Source: Acidobacteriota bacterium
GTDB lineage: Bacteria; Acidobacteriota; UBA6911; RPQK01; JADFOI01
Assembly: GCA_963663035.1 (NCBI GenBank)
Contig: OY760074.1
Location: 3,488,001 to 3,552,000 of the forward strand
Direction of reading: 5' to 3'
DNA: 64,000 nucleotides
Shown in pieces: positions 40,759 through 50,901 of the stretch. Position 1 is the first letter of the stretch. Every line of letters begins with the position of its first letter. A program made the translations under genes and the position numbers. Under the pieces are notes generated by a model. That model was not told the DNA's origin. It saw only the letters and a list, made by a program, of their open reading frames with translations, and did not search any database.

Positions 40759-41579
40759 TCGAACTGCTTCAGCGCAAATCCCTGGTTCCATTAGCTTTGC
40801 TGCTGTTGACAAATATCTTGCTTCTCTCTGTGCAAGTGCGGAATGAGGAAGGCCGCCTGTTGATCCGATCCTGGAGTCTTGTGCTTTTCACTCCCGTCGC
40901 CTCCAGCCTGCACTTCCTGGTGGACGGAGTCACACAGGGATTAAACCGATATGTCTTCCTGTACGGGGCACAGGAGGAAAATCTCCAACTTCGGGCAGAA
41001 AACGCGCACTTGGGGGTTGAGTTGACCCAGCTGCGAGGAATCCAGTCCTTGCTATCGATCCGGGAAGATGGTCCTCTGTTCCAGGACCAGTTCCTCTTTG
41101 AGACGGTTTCAGTACCAGTCATCTGGAAAAGCCCTCCCTTTTATACCCACCGGCTGGTCATCAATGCTGGCACTCGACAGGGTATACAGAAAGATGACGC
41201 TGTGATTACCCCCAGGGGAATCGTCGGCAGAGTCTGGGCCACGACTCCCTTTACCGCTGAGGTGGAGTTGATTACCAACGACGGCGCTGCGGCCGGTGCC
41301 ATGCTGGAGGACTCGCGCTTGCAAGGGGTGGTGCAGGGTGACGGGTCAGTCATCTTGCAATGGGATTTTATTCCCAACTACGAGTCGGTGGAGGTGGGAG
41401 ACATTGTCTACACCTCCGGCACCGATCGAATGTACCCCAAGGGCTTTCCCATTGGCCAGGTGGTGGCCTCCCAGAAGAAAGGAACTGTTTATCGGGATAT
41501 CCAGGTTGAGCCCTTCGTTGATTATCTCAGGCTGGAAGAGATAATGGTTGTAGTATCGAAGGGAGAGGGGATTGAATGA
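40755..41579 (+). CDS. mreC: MreC
   Basis: TM plus coiled coil, INAG..QGI, TSG...YPKG.PIG; operon position. Confidence 0.92.
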   Translation: MIELLQRKSLVPLALLLLTNILLLSVQVRNEEGRLLIRSWSLVLFTPVASSLHFLVDGVTQGLNRYVFLYGAQEENLQLRAENAHLGVELTQLRGIQSLLSIREDGPLFQDQFLFETVSVPVIWKSPPFYTHRLVINAGTRQGIQKDDAVITPRGIVGRVWATTPFTAEVELITNDGAAAGAMLEDSRLQGVVQGDGSVILQWDFIPNYESVEVGDIVYTSGTDRMYPKGFPIGQVVASQKKGTVYRDIQVEPFVDYLRLEEIMVVVSKGEGIE

Positions 41580-42072
41580 GACTATCCGTAACACGGAAGT
41601 GGCGCTTCTTTTGGCTGCCACGGCAGTGGCGGAGATTGTCTTTGCGAACTACTTCCCGGCAGCTCTTTACCTGGACATATCGCTGGTTCTTGCACTCTAT
41701 ATCGGCTGGAATTCTACACCCGTAAAGGGGGCAGTGCGCGGATTTACATTTGGGCTGCTGAAAGATGCGATCTCAGGAATCTATTTGGGGCTCAACGGCC
41801 TGAGCAAAACCCTGATGGGTTTTGGAGGGTCTTACCTGAGCAAGTGGTTGTTGTTGGAAGGCTTCCCTGCTCGGTGTGTTCTCATTGGGCTTCTTTCCGC
41901 ACTGGACGATGGGATCGTGGTGGGGATGGGAGCTCTGCTGGGACAGACCATCCAACGAGAGATTTGGCTGAGGACCCTGATTCAAGCCCCCATCACCGGA
42001 GTTGCAGGAGGGGTCGTTTTCCATGTCTATGATCGGTTCAAGTTTTCCGAAAAGGACTTTCGACGATTGTAG
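41572..42072 (+). CDS. mreD: MreD
   Basis: Hydrophobic, GLLKD..SG..LGLN; operon position. Confidence 0.85.
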   Translation: MNETIRNTEVALLLAATAVAEIVFANYFPAALYLDISLVLALYIGWNSTPVKGAVRGFTFGLLKDAISGIYLGLNGLSKTLMGFGGSYLSKWLLLEGFPARCVLIGLLSALDDGIVVGMGALLGQTIQREIWLRTLIQAPITGVAGGVVFHVYDRFKFSEKDFRRL

Positions 42073-42081
42073 GGTGTACTG

Positions 42082-43929
42082 ATGCCCATTTTTCAAGATA
42101 ACCGCGATCTTCTCCATCGCCTCAACTGGCTTCGAATCTTTTTTGTCGTGATTTTCACCTGTCTTTTTACCCAATTGTGGTTCCTGTCGGTGCTCCAGTT
42201 TGAGCACTACGAAAACTTAGCGGAACGAAACCGTATTCGGACGCTACCTCAGATTGCCCCGCGAGGTCTCATCTATGATCGAGAGGATAGAGTTCTGGTT
42301 GACAACGTCTATGGCTTCAACCTTTTGCTTTTCCTGGATGAGCTCCGCGATCTGGACGGAACTATTCAGGTTCTGGTTGAGGGGCTGGATCTCACAGAGG
42401 AGGCTCTCCGGGAGCGGCTGAAGGAGGCCGGGAGTTATGGCATTTACCAACCGTTGGTGTTGAAGGAAAACCTTTCGATGGAGGAAACTGCCTACCTCCT
42501 TGCCCGCCAGTCAGACCATCCAGAACTGGAAATCCTGAAGCAACCTCGCCGGATTTATCGATACGGGAGCCTGGGCGCTCACATTGCAGGATACGTGGGT
42601 GAAATCTCGCGGCGTCAACTCCAGGACCCTGAATTTGCAGAAAATAGGGCTGGGGATGTCGTCGGTCAGTTTGGGGTGGAGCGGACCTATAACCGAGACC
42701 TGACAGGTCGTGACGGCCTACGGCGTGTGCTGGTGGACAGTCGTGGAAAGATTCTCCAGGATCTGGAGCAGATCGAGCCCATCCGAGGAACGGATCTGAC
42801 GCTGACCATTGATCTGGATATGCAGGCCATGGCAGAGACTCAACTGGGGGACAATGCGGGTGCAATCGTTGCCTTCCATGCGCGCACTGGCGAGATCCTG
42901 GTGATGGCCAGCCGACCCGCCTTTGATCCCAACCAGTTTGCTACCCGCATTTCCACGGTAGAGTGGGAGCAACTGCTGGAGAATCCTGATCACCCACTTC
43001 AGAACCGGACGATCCAAAACAGTTTTTCCCCGGGATCGACTTTCAAGATAATTCTGGCAGTGGCTGGACTCGAGCTTGGGATTATCGATGCCGAGACTTC
43101 AGTTTTTTGTGATGGTGGCATAGATCTCTACGGGAACCGCTTTCATTGCTGGAAAGAAGGGGGGCACGGACACGTCAGTTTACGGGAAGCGATTCAGCAT
43201 TCGTGCAACACCTACTTCTATGTTCTGGGACAAAAACTGGGCATCCAGGAGATTGCCAGCTTCAGTCGCCAATTGGGGCTGGGCGCCCCCCTGGGAATTG
43301 ATCTTCTGGGAGAGGCAGCTGGATTGGTTCCTTCAGAGGAGTGGAAAAGGCGGGTCACAGGAGAACCCTGGTATCCCGGTGAGACCATATCCTTGGCAAT
43401 CGGTCAGGGTCCGATACTGGTGACGCCGGTTCAAATTGCTCGCGCCGTGGGTATCATCGCAACAGGAGAAAGCCCCAGACTCCATCTGTTGAAAGGGGAA
43501 TCTCTCACCAGCTTGGCACCGGATCTGGGCTTTCAGCCCCCCGACTTGGCTCCGGAAAGCCTGCAAGCGGTCCGCGATGCGATGTGGAGTGTGGTCAATG
43601 AGGGAGGTACGGGTGCGGGTGCCCGGCTGGCCAATTTCCAGATCAGTGGAAAGACAGGAACTGCCCAAACGATCAGCCTTTCAACGCGTGAAAGTTTGTC
43701 CGAGAGTGAAGCTGAGAGTTTTGAGTCCAATGCCTGGTTTGTCGGTTTTGCTCCCAGAGACAACCCCGAAATCGTTGTCGCGGTCATTGTGCAAAGAGGG
43801 GGTTCAGGAGGAAGCGGAGCTGCCCCTTTGGCCAGGGAGGTTTTCAGAGTCTACTACGAGAAGCATAAAACCCGTGGGCCTGCCGGCCTGGAAGTTGCTT
43901 CACAAGGCCAGCCGGAGGAAACCTTGTGA
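42082..43929 (+). CDS. mrdA: Penicillin-binding protein 2
   Basis: APRGLIYDR, STFK, SCN, KTG motifs. Confidence 0.95.
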   Translation: MPIFQDNRDLLHRLNWLRIFFVVIFTCLFTQLWFLSVLQFEHYENLAERNRIRTLPQIAPRGLIYDREDRVLVDNVYGFNLLLFLDELRDLDGTIQVLVEGLDLTEEALRERLKEAGSYGIYQPLVLKENLSMEETAYLLARQSDHPELEILKQPRRIYRYGSLGAHIAGYVGEISRRQLQDPEFAENRAGDVVGQFGVERTYNRDLTGRDGLRRVLVDSRGKILQDLEQIEPIRGTDLTLTIDLDMQAMAETQLGDNAGAIVAFHARTGEILVMASRPAFDPNQFATRISTVEWEQLLENPDHPLQNRTIQNSFSPGSTFKIILAVAGLELGIIDAETSVFCDGGIDLYGNRFHCWKEGGHGHVSLREAIQHSCNTYFYVLGQKLGIQEIASFSRQLGLGAPLGIDLLGEAAGLVPSEEWKRRVTGEPWYPGETISLAIGQGPILVTPVQIARAVGIIATGESPRLHLLKGESLTSLAPDLGFQPPDLAPESLQAVRDAMWSVVNEGGTGAGARLANFQISGKTGTAQTISLSTRESLSESEAESFESNAWFVGFAPRDNPEIVVAVIVQRGGSGGSGAAPLAREVFRVYYEKHKTRGPAGLEVASQGQPEETL

Positions 43930-45020
43930 AGTTTTCGGAACGAGGGATCCTCACACAATTCGATTACTCCCTCTTTTTGGGAGCCTTGCTTCTAACCCTG
44001 CTGGGAGCACTTGGAATCTATAATGCGAGTTCCGGAGGTGGGGACTACAGCATCTTCCTCCGCCACCTCTTGTGGATCGTCTTAGGAGTGAGAGTCTGTC
44101 TGTTTGTGATGTCCATCGATTATCACGTTCTGGCCGATCACGCCCTCCTTCTGTACGCTCTCTCGGCCTGCACCCTCATTGGAGTTCTCTTTTTCGGAAC
44201 TGAGATCAACGGGAGTAAGAGTTGGATCACTCTTGGCGGAGTGAGTTTCCAACCGTCGGAGTTAGCCAAACTCACCGTCATCCTCCTCCTGGCGCGCTAC
44301 CTGGGTGAACTCAATGAGAATCACCTGCGGCGCAAACATTTCCTCGTTCTCGCTGCCATCACTTTTCTGCCCATGATCCTGATCACCACCCAGGGCGATC
44401 TGGGGACTGCTCTCATGTATCTTCCCATTCTCTTTGGAATGATGGTGGTGTCAGGTGTCAAGAGGCGACTTCTTGTCAGTGTTCTGATTGCCTCCCTGTG
44501 CATCGTTCCCTTGAGCTGGTTTCTGTTGCAGGATTACCAGAAACAACGCATTCTGGCGACCTTTGATCCGGGACTGGATCCCCAGGGGATCGGTTATCAA
44601 TCCCGACAGTCTCAGATCGCCATCGGCTCGGGAGGCTTGTTTGGAAAGGGCCTTGGGCAGGGGTTGCAAAGCCAACTCGGATTTGTACCCGAGATCCATA
44701 CCGATTTTATCTTTGCCATCCTGGCGGAAGAAATCGGCTTTGTCGGTGCCATCATCATTTTGATGCTCTACTTGCTGATTCTGATGCGCTTGATTCGCAT
44801 TGCTGAGACCGCCCGTGATCGCGTCGGCATCCTGCTGATTACGGGGGTTGCATGCCTCATGTTTTTTCATGTGGGGATCAATGTGGGAATGACTCTTGGA
44901 ATCGTGCCTCCTATTGGTATTCCCCTTCCCCTGTTGAGTTATGGGGGATCCGCAACCGTCACCACCTTCGCTGCCCTGGGCCTGGCTCTGAGCGTCTATC
45001 AGCGGCGTTATTTCAATTAG
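43926..45020 (+). CDS. rodA: RodA SEDS glycosyltransferase
   Basis: FQPSELAK, Q.DLGTA, PEIHTDFIF, PLLSYGGS. Confidence 0.95.
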   Translation: MKFSERGILTQFDYSLFLGALLLTLLGALGIYNASSGGGDYSIFLRHLLWIVLGVRVCLFVMSIDYHVLADHALLLYALSACTLIGVLFFGTEINGSKSWITLGGVSFQPSELAKLTVILLLARYLGELNENHLRRKHFLVLAAITFLPMILITTQGDLGTALMYLPILFGMMVVSGVKRRLLVSVLIASLCIVPLSWFLLQDYQKQRILATFDPGLDPQGIGYQSRQSQIAIGSGGLFGKGLGQGLQSQLGFVPEIHTDFIFAILAEEIGFVGAIIILMLYLLILMRLIRIAETARDRVGILLITGVACLMFFHVGINVGMTLGIVPPIGIPLPLLSYGGSATVTTFAALGLALSVYQRRYFN

Positions 45021-45269
45021 GGGACGCCTACCACAATTCCCTTGTAACGGCTGCACTTTACAGCATCTGGGCTCAATCGCTATAATAGTCCCTGTAATGA
45101 TTAGTACCTTCAATACTTTTAGAAGTTTTATGTAAGGCTGTTTTTTAAGCTGTATTTTAAATAAAAGTTTTATTTTCAACGATTTGGAGAAGCTTTTGGG
45201 ACGGCAGGCCGACGCAAAAAGACTAGCCTGCCTCGCTCACAAATGATCGATTACACTGGTGGAACCGTC

Positions 45270-45356
45270 TGCCGACAATGCGTTGCCCATGGGCGCTTGA
45301 CAGCACGACTGCAGTGGCCTCGGGGTATCCGCTTGCGGGTCGCGCGCCTTGTCAGA
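45270..45356. repeat. Hairpin remnant related to the family A MITE interior
   Basis: TGCGTTG...GGGGTATCCGCTTGCGGGTCGCGCGCCTTGTCA matches 388-420; no terminal repeats found. Confidence 0.55.
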
Positions 45357-45561
45357 TAGCTGTTTCTGCCCGTGTCTATGGAAGAGAGTTTTCGTGTCAA
45401 GTAGTTTTCGATATCTATTGCCCGCCCTTTCGAGCTGCCAGCGGAAATGAGATGATCTAGCCTCTTGAGGCCCATCTGCCGCTTGACGAAAAGGACTCTT
45501 CCTCCCTCCCAGCTTCTCCAGGTTGAACAGAAAGGCGAATGCGCAACACCTGGAAAGGACC

Positions 45562-47421
45562 ATGTCAAAAGAATTATTAATTACATCGACGAGTGTAGAA
45601 ACCAAGCTCGCCATCCTGGAAGACGATCAGGTCACTGAACTCTTCATTGAACGAGCTAAGAATAAGAGAATCCTGGGGAACATTTATAAAGGAAAGGTGA
45701 CCCGAGTGCTGCCGGGGATGCAGGCAGCCTTTGTAGATATCGGCCTGGGTCGGGACACTTTCCTCTATGTCTCGGATTTTTCCGAGGACTACGAGGAATA
45801 TGAGGAGCTTTTCGAAGACGAAAAGGAAGACCTTAGGGGACCACGCCAGGACGGCTCCCCTAAAGCGTCAGCTGACTCCGACCTGGCCTCACCCCAACTC
45901 CCGGTTCCAGAGCCGGCAGCAGAAGTTGGACAGATCCTGCCACAGAATCTGGAGATCCCGGTGAGCTCCATCTCTCAGCAGACAGCTGGGAGCAGCGGAG
46001 GTGACTGGCCGGCTCACAATGAGGAACAGGGTCCTCACATCATGCCCCGCTTCCTGCAGCCCATCGTGGAGCATCAGACCGGGGGTCTTCCTGAAGAGAG
46101 ACCGTCCCCTCAAACAGCTCTCCTGGAAGAGAAAGCCGATCTGCCTCAGGTCGAGTCGTCTCGCAACTCCCGTAAACCCAGGCGGAAAAACTCCAATCAC
46201 CGCAACGGGCAGGCGTTGATCGGTGACCTCCTGCAAAAAGGACAGGAAATATTGGTTCAGGTGGCTAAAGAGCCCATCGGTAAAAAAGGGGCTCGTATTA
46301 CCTCTCATAGCGTCTTGCCCGGACGTTACCTGGTTTTTATGCCGACCGTTGAACACGTTGGGGTGTCCAGAAGAATTGTGCGTGACACAGAGCGTAAACG
46401 CCTCAGAGACATGATTGTCAAGCTGCGCGGCGATTCCGAAAAAGGGTTCATTGTGCGAACGGTGGGAGAAAATCATGCTGAAGCAGATTTTCGCAAAGAC
46501 CTGCTCTATCTCACCAGGCTGTGGGAGGATATCCGTCGGAAGGCGGAGAAAAGCTCGGCTCCAGCCCTGGTCTATGCGGAACCCAGCTTGAGTCAACGGG
46601 TGGTGCGGGACCACTTCTCCAAAGATTACCGGGCCATTCGTGTGGACGATGAGGAGGAGTACACAAGGATTGTCGATTTTGTTAATCAATTCAATCCCGA
46701 GCTGGTTCAGCGAGTGCGCCTCTATAAGAAGAAGAAACCACTCTTTGATGCCTACCAGGTGACAACTGAGATTGAGAAGGCCTTGCGGCAAAAGGTCTGG
46801 CTCAAGAACGGCCGCTACATCGTCATCAATCAGACCGAGGCTCTGGTGGCGATTGATGTCAATACCGGTCGGTTCGTGGGAAACACCAGTTCCCTGGAAG
46901 ATACAATCACCAAAACGAATCTGGATGCAGTCAAAGAGATCGTTCGTCAGATTCGTCTTCGTGATCTGGGGGGGATCATTGTCATCGATTTTATTGACAT
47001 GGACGAGAAGAAGAATCGCCAGAAAGTCATGAGTGCGCTCCAGACGGAGTTGGATAAGGACAAATCACCTTCCAGGATGCTCGAAGTCAACGAGTTTGGA
47101 TTGGTGGCAATCACCCGAAAGCGAGTCAAGCAGTCGCTGGAGAGACTGCTGTGCCAGCCCTGCACGACCTGCCAGGGAACCGGTATGACAAGATCAGTGC
47201 GGACGGTTTGCTACTCCATTCACGAGCAAGTTCAAAAGATGATCTCCGGTTTGGGGGACAGCCAGGAACTCATGATTCGCTGCCATCCAGATGTCGGTAA
47301 GGCACTCCGGGGCGGCGAAAAAGGAGTGATGAGGGAGATGGAAGAGATGACCGGCAAAGCCGTTTCCGTTCAACCCGATCCCCTGATGCACATCGAACAC
47401 TTCGATGTCATCGAAATGTAA
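45562..47421 (+). CDS. rng: Rne/Rng-family ribonuclease with an insertion in the S1 domain
   Basis: GNIYKGKV..VLPGMQAAFVDIG, KEPIG.KG, IDVNTG, LRDLGGIIVIDFIDM, CxxC. Confidence 0.93.
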   Translation: MSKELLITSTSVETKLAILEDDQVTELFIERAKNKRILGNIYKGKVTRVLPGMQAAFVDIGLGRDTFLYVSDFSEDYEEYEELFEDEKEDLRGPRQDGSPKASADSDLASPQLPVPEPAAEVGQILPQNLEIPVSSISQQTAGSSGGDWPAHNEEQGPHIMPRFLQPIVEHQTGGLPEERPSPQTALLEEKADLPQVESSRNSRKPRRKNSNHRNGQALIGDLLQKGQEILVQVAKEPIGKKGARITSHSVLPGRYLVFMPTVEHVGVSRRIVRDTERKRLRDMIVKLRGDSEKGFIVRTVGENHAEADFRKDLLYLTRLWEDIRRKAEKSSAPALVYAEPSLSQRVVRDHFSKDYRAIRVDDEEEYTRIVDFVNQFNPELVQRVRLYKKKKPLFDAYQVTTEIEKALRQKVWLKNGRYIVINQTEALVAIDVNTGRFVGNTSSLEDTITKTNLDAVKEIVRQIRLRDLGGIIVIDFIDMDEKKNRQKVMSALQTELDKDKSPSRMLEVNEFGLVAITRKRVKQSLERLLCQPCTTCQGTGMTRSVRTVCYSIHEQVQKMISGLGDSQELMIRCHPDVGKALRGGEKGVMREMEEMTGKAVSVQPDPLMHIEHFDVIEM

Positions 47422-47444
47422 AACAAGAGACTCTTCCTTCACCA

Positions 47445-48245
47445 TTGGGAAACTACTTTCAGAAACTACTGGACCTGATGGATACTCTGCGGGGACCGGA
47501 GGGTTGCCCCTGGGATCAGGAGCAGACCCGAGAGACACTGAAGCCCCTGCTGGTGGAAGAAGCTTTCGAAGTTCTGGAGGCTCTGGATGGATCGGACTCA
47601 GCTGAGTTATGTGAAGAATTGGGAGATCTGCTCTTCCAAGTGATTTTTCACAGCCGCATTGCCAAGGAGAAGGGAGAGTTTGATATCCACGACGTGTGTC
47701 GCAGAAGCTACGAAAAGATGGTTCATCGCCACCCTCACGTTTTTGGAGAGGAGTCTTTCCGGGATTCTCGCGAACTGTTGAGACAATGGGAGGATATCAA
47801 GACCGCTGAAAGGAAATCTGCCGGGCTGGAAACGACTCGGGAGTCCATACTGGATGGAATTCCAGAAAATATTCCAGCTCTGTACGCCACTTATCAGATG
47901 TCTTCAAAGGCGGCTCGGGTTGGATTTGATTGGAACGGTATCGAGGAGATCCGCGATAAGGTCCTGGAGGAGTTTGAAGAGCTTCAGGATGCGCTCCAAG
48001 GGGGAGAGGAGAATGAGATCCGGGAAGAGGTAGGTGACCTGCTTTTCGCCGCTCTCAACATTGCTCGTTATCTTCAAATTGATCCTGAAACGGCACTCAC
48101 CCGGGCCAATCGAAAATTCTCAGCACGCTTTAAGACAATGGAAAAGCACTTTACCTCTCAGGGGAGAGCTCTCAAAGAGATTTCTGTGGAAGAAATGGAA
48201 GCCTTTTGGAAAAATCAAAAAAGAACAGGGGAAGAACATGGATGA
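47445..48245 (+). CDS. mazG: Nucleoside triphosphate pyrophosphohydrolase
   Basis: GCPWDQEQT, EELGDLLFQV, RHPHVFG, second EE.GDLLF domain. Confidence 0.95.
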   Translation: MGNYFQKLLDLMDTLRGPEGCPWDQEQTRETLKPLLVEEAFEVLEALDGSDSAELCEELGDLLFQVIFHSRIAKEKGEFDIHDVCRRSYEKMVHRHPHVFGEESFRDSRELLRQWEDIKTAERKSAGLETTRESILDGIPENIPALYATYQMSSKAARVGFDWNGIEEIRDKVLEEFEELQDALQGGEENEIREEVGDLLFAALNIARYLQIDPETALTRANRKFSARFKTMEKHFTSQGRALKEISVEEMEAFWKNQKRTGEEHG

Positions 48246-48885
48246 CGAAAGAGAAGAACAGCAGCAGAGCGGATTCAAGGTGACCGATCGTCGCCAGTTT
48301 ACTTCCGAAGGGGAGACCCGCGAGGAGGATCCACAGCAGCCAGCTCCCCAGGAGCAAGAGCCTGCTCCCCAGGAGCAAGAGCCTGCTCCCCAGGAGCAAG
48401 AGCCTGCTCCCCAGGAGCAAGAGCCTGCTCCCCAGGAGCAAGAGCCTGCTCCCCAGGAGCAAGAGCCTGCTCCCCAAGAGCAACAGCCTGCTCCCCAAGA
48501 GCAACAGCCTGCTCCCCAAGAGCAACAGCCTGCTCCCCAAGAGCAACAGCCTGCTCCCCAAGAGCAACAGCCTGCTGCGGAAGCCAGTCAGGAAGAGGAA
48601 GCCTCGCAAGCCTCCCCACAGGACTCGTCAAGGTCAGTGGATTTTGCCTCTTTTCTTCTCTCCCTTGCCACCACCGGGATGGTCCATCTGGGGGAGATCC
48701 CCGAACCCAGTACGGGACAGAAATCCGAAGACCTGGAAGGGGCGCGTCAGATGATCGAGATCCTGGACATCATGAAGGTAAAGACAGAGGGAAACCTGTC
48801 AGGCGAGGAATCCAAGTTGCTGGAGAACTTGCTGTATGAACTGCGCATGAAGTTCCTGAGTAAATCCAAAGCCGTGGAGCTCTGA
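48238..48885 (+). CDS. DUF1844-family protein with a repeat linker
   Basis: FKVTDRR N-terminus; F..FLLSLA...LG..P.P..G....DL..AR..I..L.....KT.GNL...E..LL...LYELR. Confidence 0.85.
   Translation: MDDEREEQQQSGFKVTDRRQFTSEGETREEDPQQPAPQEQEPAPQEQEPAPQEQEPAPQEQEPAPQEQEPAPQEQEPAPQEQQPAPQEQQPAPQEQQPAPQEQQPAPQEQQPAAEASQEEEASQASPQDSSRSVDFASFLLSLATTGMVHLGEIPEPSTGQKSEDLEGARQMIEILDIMKVKTEGNLSGEESKLLENLLYELRMKFLSKSKAVEL
48340..48570 (+). repeat. 11 x 21-bp coding VNTR (PAPQEQE x6, PAPQEQQ x5)
   Basis: CCTGCTCCCCAGGAGCAAGAG units followed by CCTGCTCCCCAAGAGCAACAG units. Confidence 0.97.
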
Positions 48886-49640
48886 TGCGGGTCATCTTCC
48901 TAGGGACTGGAACTTCACGTGGAATTCCGACCGTGGGCTGTGACTGTAGAGTCTGCACATCCTCCAATCCTAAGAACAAGCGGCTGCGCTCTTCGATTTT
49001 AATCGAAGGTGAGGCCAACGTGGTGATTGATACATCTGTAGACTTTCGTGCCCAGATGCTGCGACAGAATGTGAAGCATGTGGATGCCGTCCTCTATACT
49101 CATTCCCACGCCGATCATATTCTGGGCCTGGATGATGTTTACCCCTTCAATCTGTGGTCCAAAAGAACCACCCGGCTCTATGCCAGCCCGGCAACCCTCA
49201 AGGAGGTGAAGATTACCTTCCGGCACCTGTTTAAGGGAGAGTTTCGATCGGGTGTCCCCTGTGTGGAATTGATTCCGATTGAGGGTCATTTTCGGATCGG
49301 GGATCTGGATTTTGAACCGGTGGAAGTCCTGCACGGTGATCTGCCGGTTCTGGGATTTCGGGTGGGCAGCTTCGCCTATGTGACGGATGTCAGCTTTATC
49401 CCGGAGAAGAGCCTTGAGCAACTGAAGGGACTCGAATGCCTGGTGCTGGACGGCCTTCGCTACGACAGTCATCCCAAACATTTCAGCCTTTCTGAAGCAG
49501 CTGAAATGGCGCAGAGACTGGGTGCCGGGAAAACCTATTTAGTGCATATGAATCACGATGTCGACCATGACGAGGGAAATGCCTGTTTACCCGCATCGGT
49601 GAGGTTGGCTTACGACGGTCAGATACTGGAGATTGCCTAA
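48885..49640 (+). CDS. MBL-fold metallo-hydrolase (PhnP-like)
   Basis: LGTGTS.G.P..GCDC.VC, THSHADHILGLDD. Confidence 0.92.
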   Translation: MRVIFLGTGTSRGIPTVGCDCRVCTSSNPKNKRLRSSILIEGEANVVIDTSVDFRAQMLRQNVKHVDAVLYTHSHADHILGLDDVYPFNLWSKRTTRLYASPATLKEVKITFRHLFKGEFRSGVPCVELIPIEGHFRIGDLDFEPVEVLHGDLPVLGFRVGSFAYVTDVSFIPEKSLEQLKGLECLVLDGLRYDSHPKHFSLSEAAEMAQRLGAGKTYLVHMNHDVDHDEGNACLPASVRLAYDGQILEIA

Positions 49641-49646
49641 CCCGTC

Positions 49647-50612
49647 ATGCAAATCATCCATGATCTGACCCAGTTTCCTCGATCTTTGAACTTTCCAATC
49701 ATGACCATCGGTGTCTTCGATGGAGTTCATCGTGGACATCAGGTGATCCTCGAGCAGTTAGTGAAGCGAGCAGGAGAAAAGAAAGGGACGTCGATTCTAC
49801 TGACCTTTTCCCCTCACCCCCAGAAGATCATTTCTCCCAACGACGCGCCTCCTCTTCTTCAAACAGAACTTCAGAAAGAAAAGATGCTGGAAGAGTTCGA
49901 ACTGGACTTGATCGTGTGCCTGCCCTTTACTCGAAAGCTTTCTCTTCACACTCCGGCAGACTTTGCGCGCCAGATCTTGCATAATCACGGGATCCGCGAA
50001 ATTCATGTTGGGAGCAATTTTCGCTTTGGCCACCGGCGCGCCGGAGACATAGAAACTCTCAGGTCCCTGGGAGAGGAGTTCCAGTTCGAGGTTCACGAGA
50101 TCGAACCCGTTTACTTGCGTGGCACCCGCATCAGCAGCAGTTACATTCGGGATCTGCTGAGAAAGGGAAGAGTGGCTCTGGCCAAGCGTTTGCTCAAACG
50201 CCCCTACCAGATACAGGGTCTTGTGGTGCGCGGGTCAGGGAAGGGAGTGGAACTGGGATTTCCAACTGCCAATCTGGAACTGGAAAATGAACTTATTCCT
50301 GCCAACGGAGTTTATGCGACCCGGGTTCATCTCGATGGGCAGATCTACCCCAGTGTCACCAATGTGGGACATCGCCCCACCGTGCATGAGGGGACCAGCG
50401 GTGCTCCCGTCGTGGAACCTCATCTGCTGGACTTCCAGGAGGATATTTACGGTAGACAGATGAAGCTGGATTTCTGTTTTCGTCTCAGAGCGGAGAAGAA
50501 GTTTGAAAGTATCGGCAAGCTTCAAGAACAGATCGCCAGGGATGTAGCTGCAACCCGCAAGTATCTGAAGCGCATCAAAGACAGGGGTTTAGGAGGGAAC
50601 AGTGCCCATTAG
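49647..50612 (+). CDS. ribF: Riboflavin kinase / FAD synthetase
   Basis: IGVFDGVHRGHQ, ISSSYIR, GFPTANL, NVG.RPT. Confidence 0.96.
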   Translation: MQIIHDLTQFPRSLNFPIMTIGVFDGVHRGHQVILEQLVKRAGEKKGTSILLTFSPHPQKIISPNDAPPLLQTELQKEKMLEEFELDLIVCLPFTRKLSLHTPADFARQILHNHGIREIHVGSNFRFGHRRAGDIETLRSLGEEFQFEVHEIEPVYLRGTRISSSYIRDLLRKGRVALAKRLLKRPYQIQGLVVRGSGKGVELGFPTANLELENELIPANGVYATRVHLDGQIYPSVTNVGHRPTVHEGTSGAPVVEPHLLDFQEDIYGRQMKLDFCFRLRAEKKFESIGKLQEQIARDVAATRKYLKRIKDRGLGGNSAH

Positions 50613-50901
50613 CACCGCAGAAGTTGAGAAGATTGCCGAGCTGGCCAAATTGAAGTTCGATTCCCAGGAGTTGGAACGATTTGTCGACCAGTTCCAGGAG
50701 ATCCTGGAGTACATTGCCAAGCTGGAGGCGGTGCCGACTGAGGAGGTGGAACCCACCTATCAAGCTCTTGGCCAGGAGGAGGACCTGGCCACACCCACCC
50801 GAGAGGATGAGGTTAAGCCTTGCTTTCCCGTGGAGACGGCCCTGGCCAATGCGCCGGACTCCAGTGAAGACCATTTTCGCGTCCCTCCGGTGATTGAATA
50901 G
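50602..50901 (+). CDS. gatC: Asp/Glu-tRNA amidotransferase subunit C
   Basis: VEKIAELAKL...REDEV...LANAP...FRVP.VIE. Confidence 0.93.
   Translation: MPISTAEVEKIAELAKLKFDSQELERFVDQFQEILEYIAKLEAVPTEEVEPTYQALGQEEDLATPTREDEVKPCFPVETALANAPDSSEDHFRVPPVIE

Noticed and set aside
48172-48631. GSRLLLL and GEQALAP repeat ORFs; possible CRISPR array
   Set aside because: Other frames of a 21-bp coding VNTR; no spacers and no cas genes
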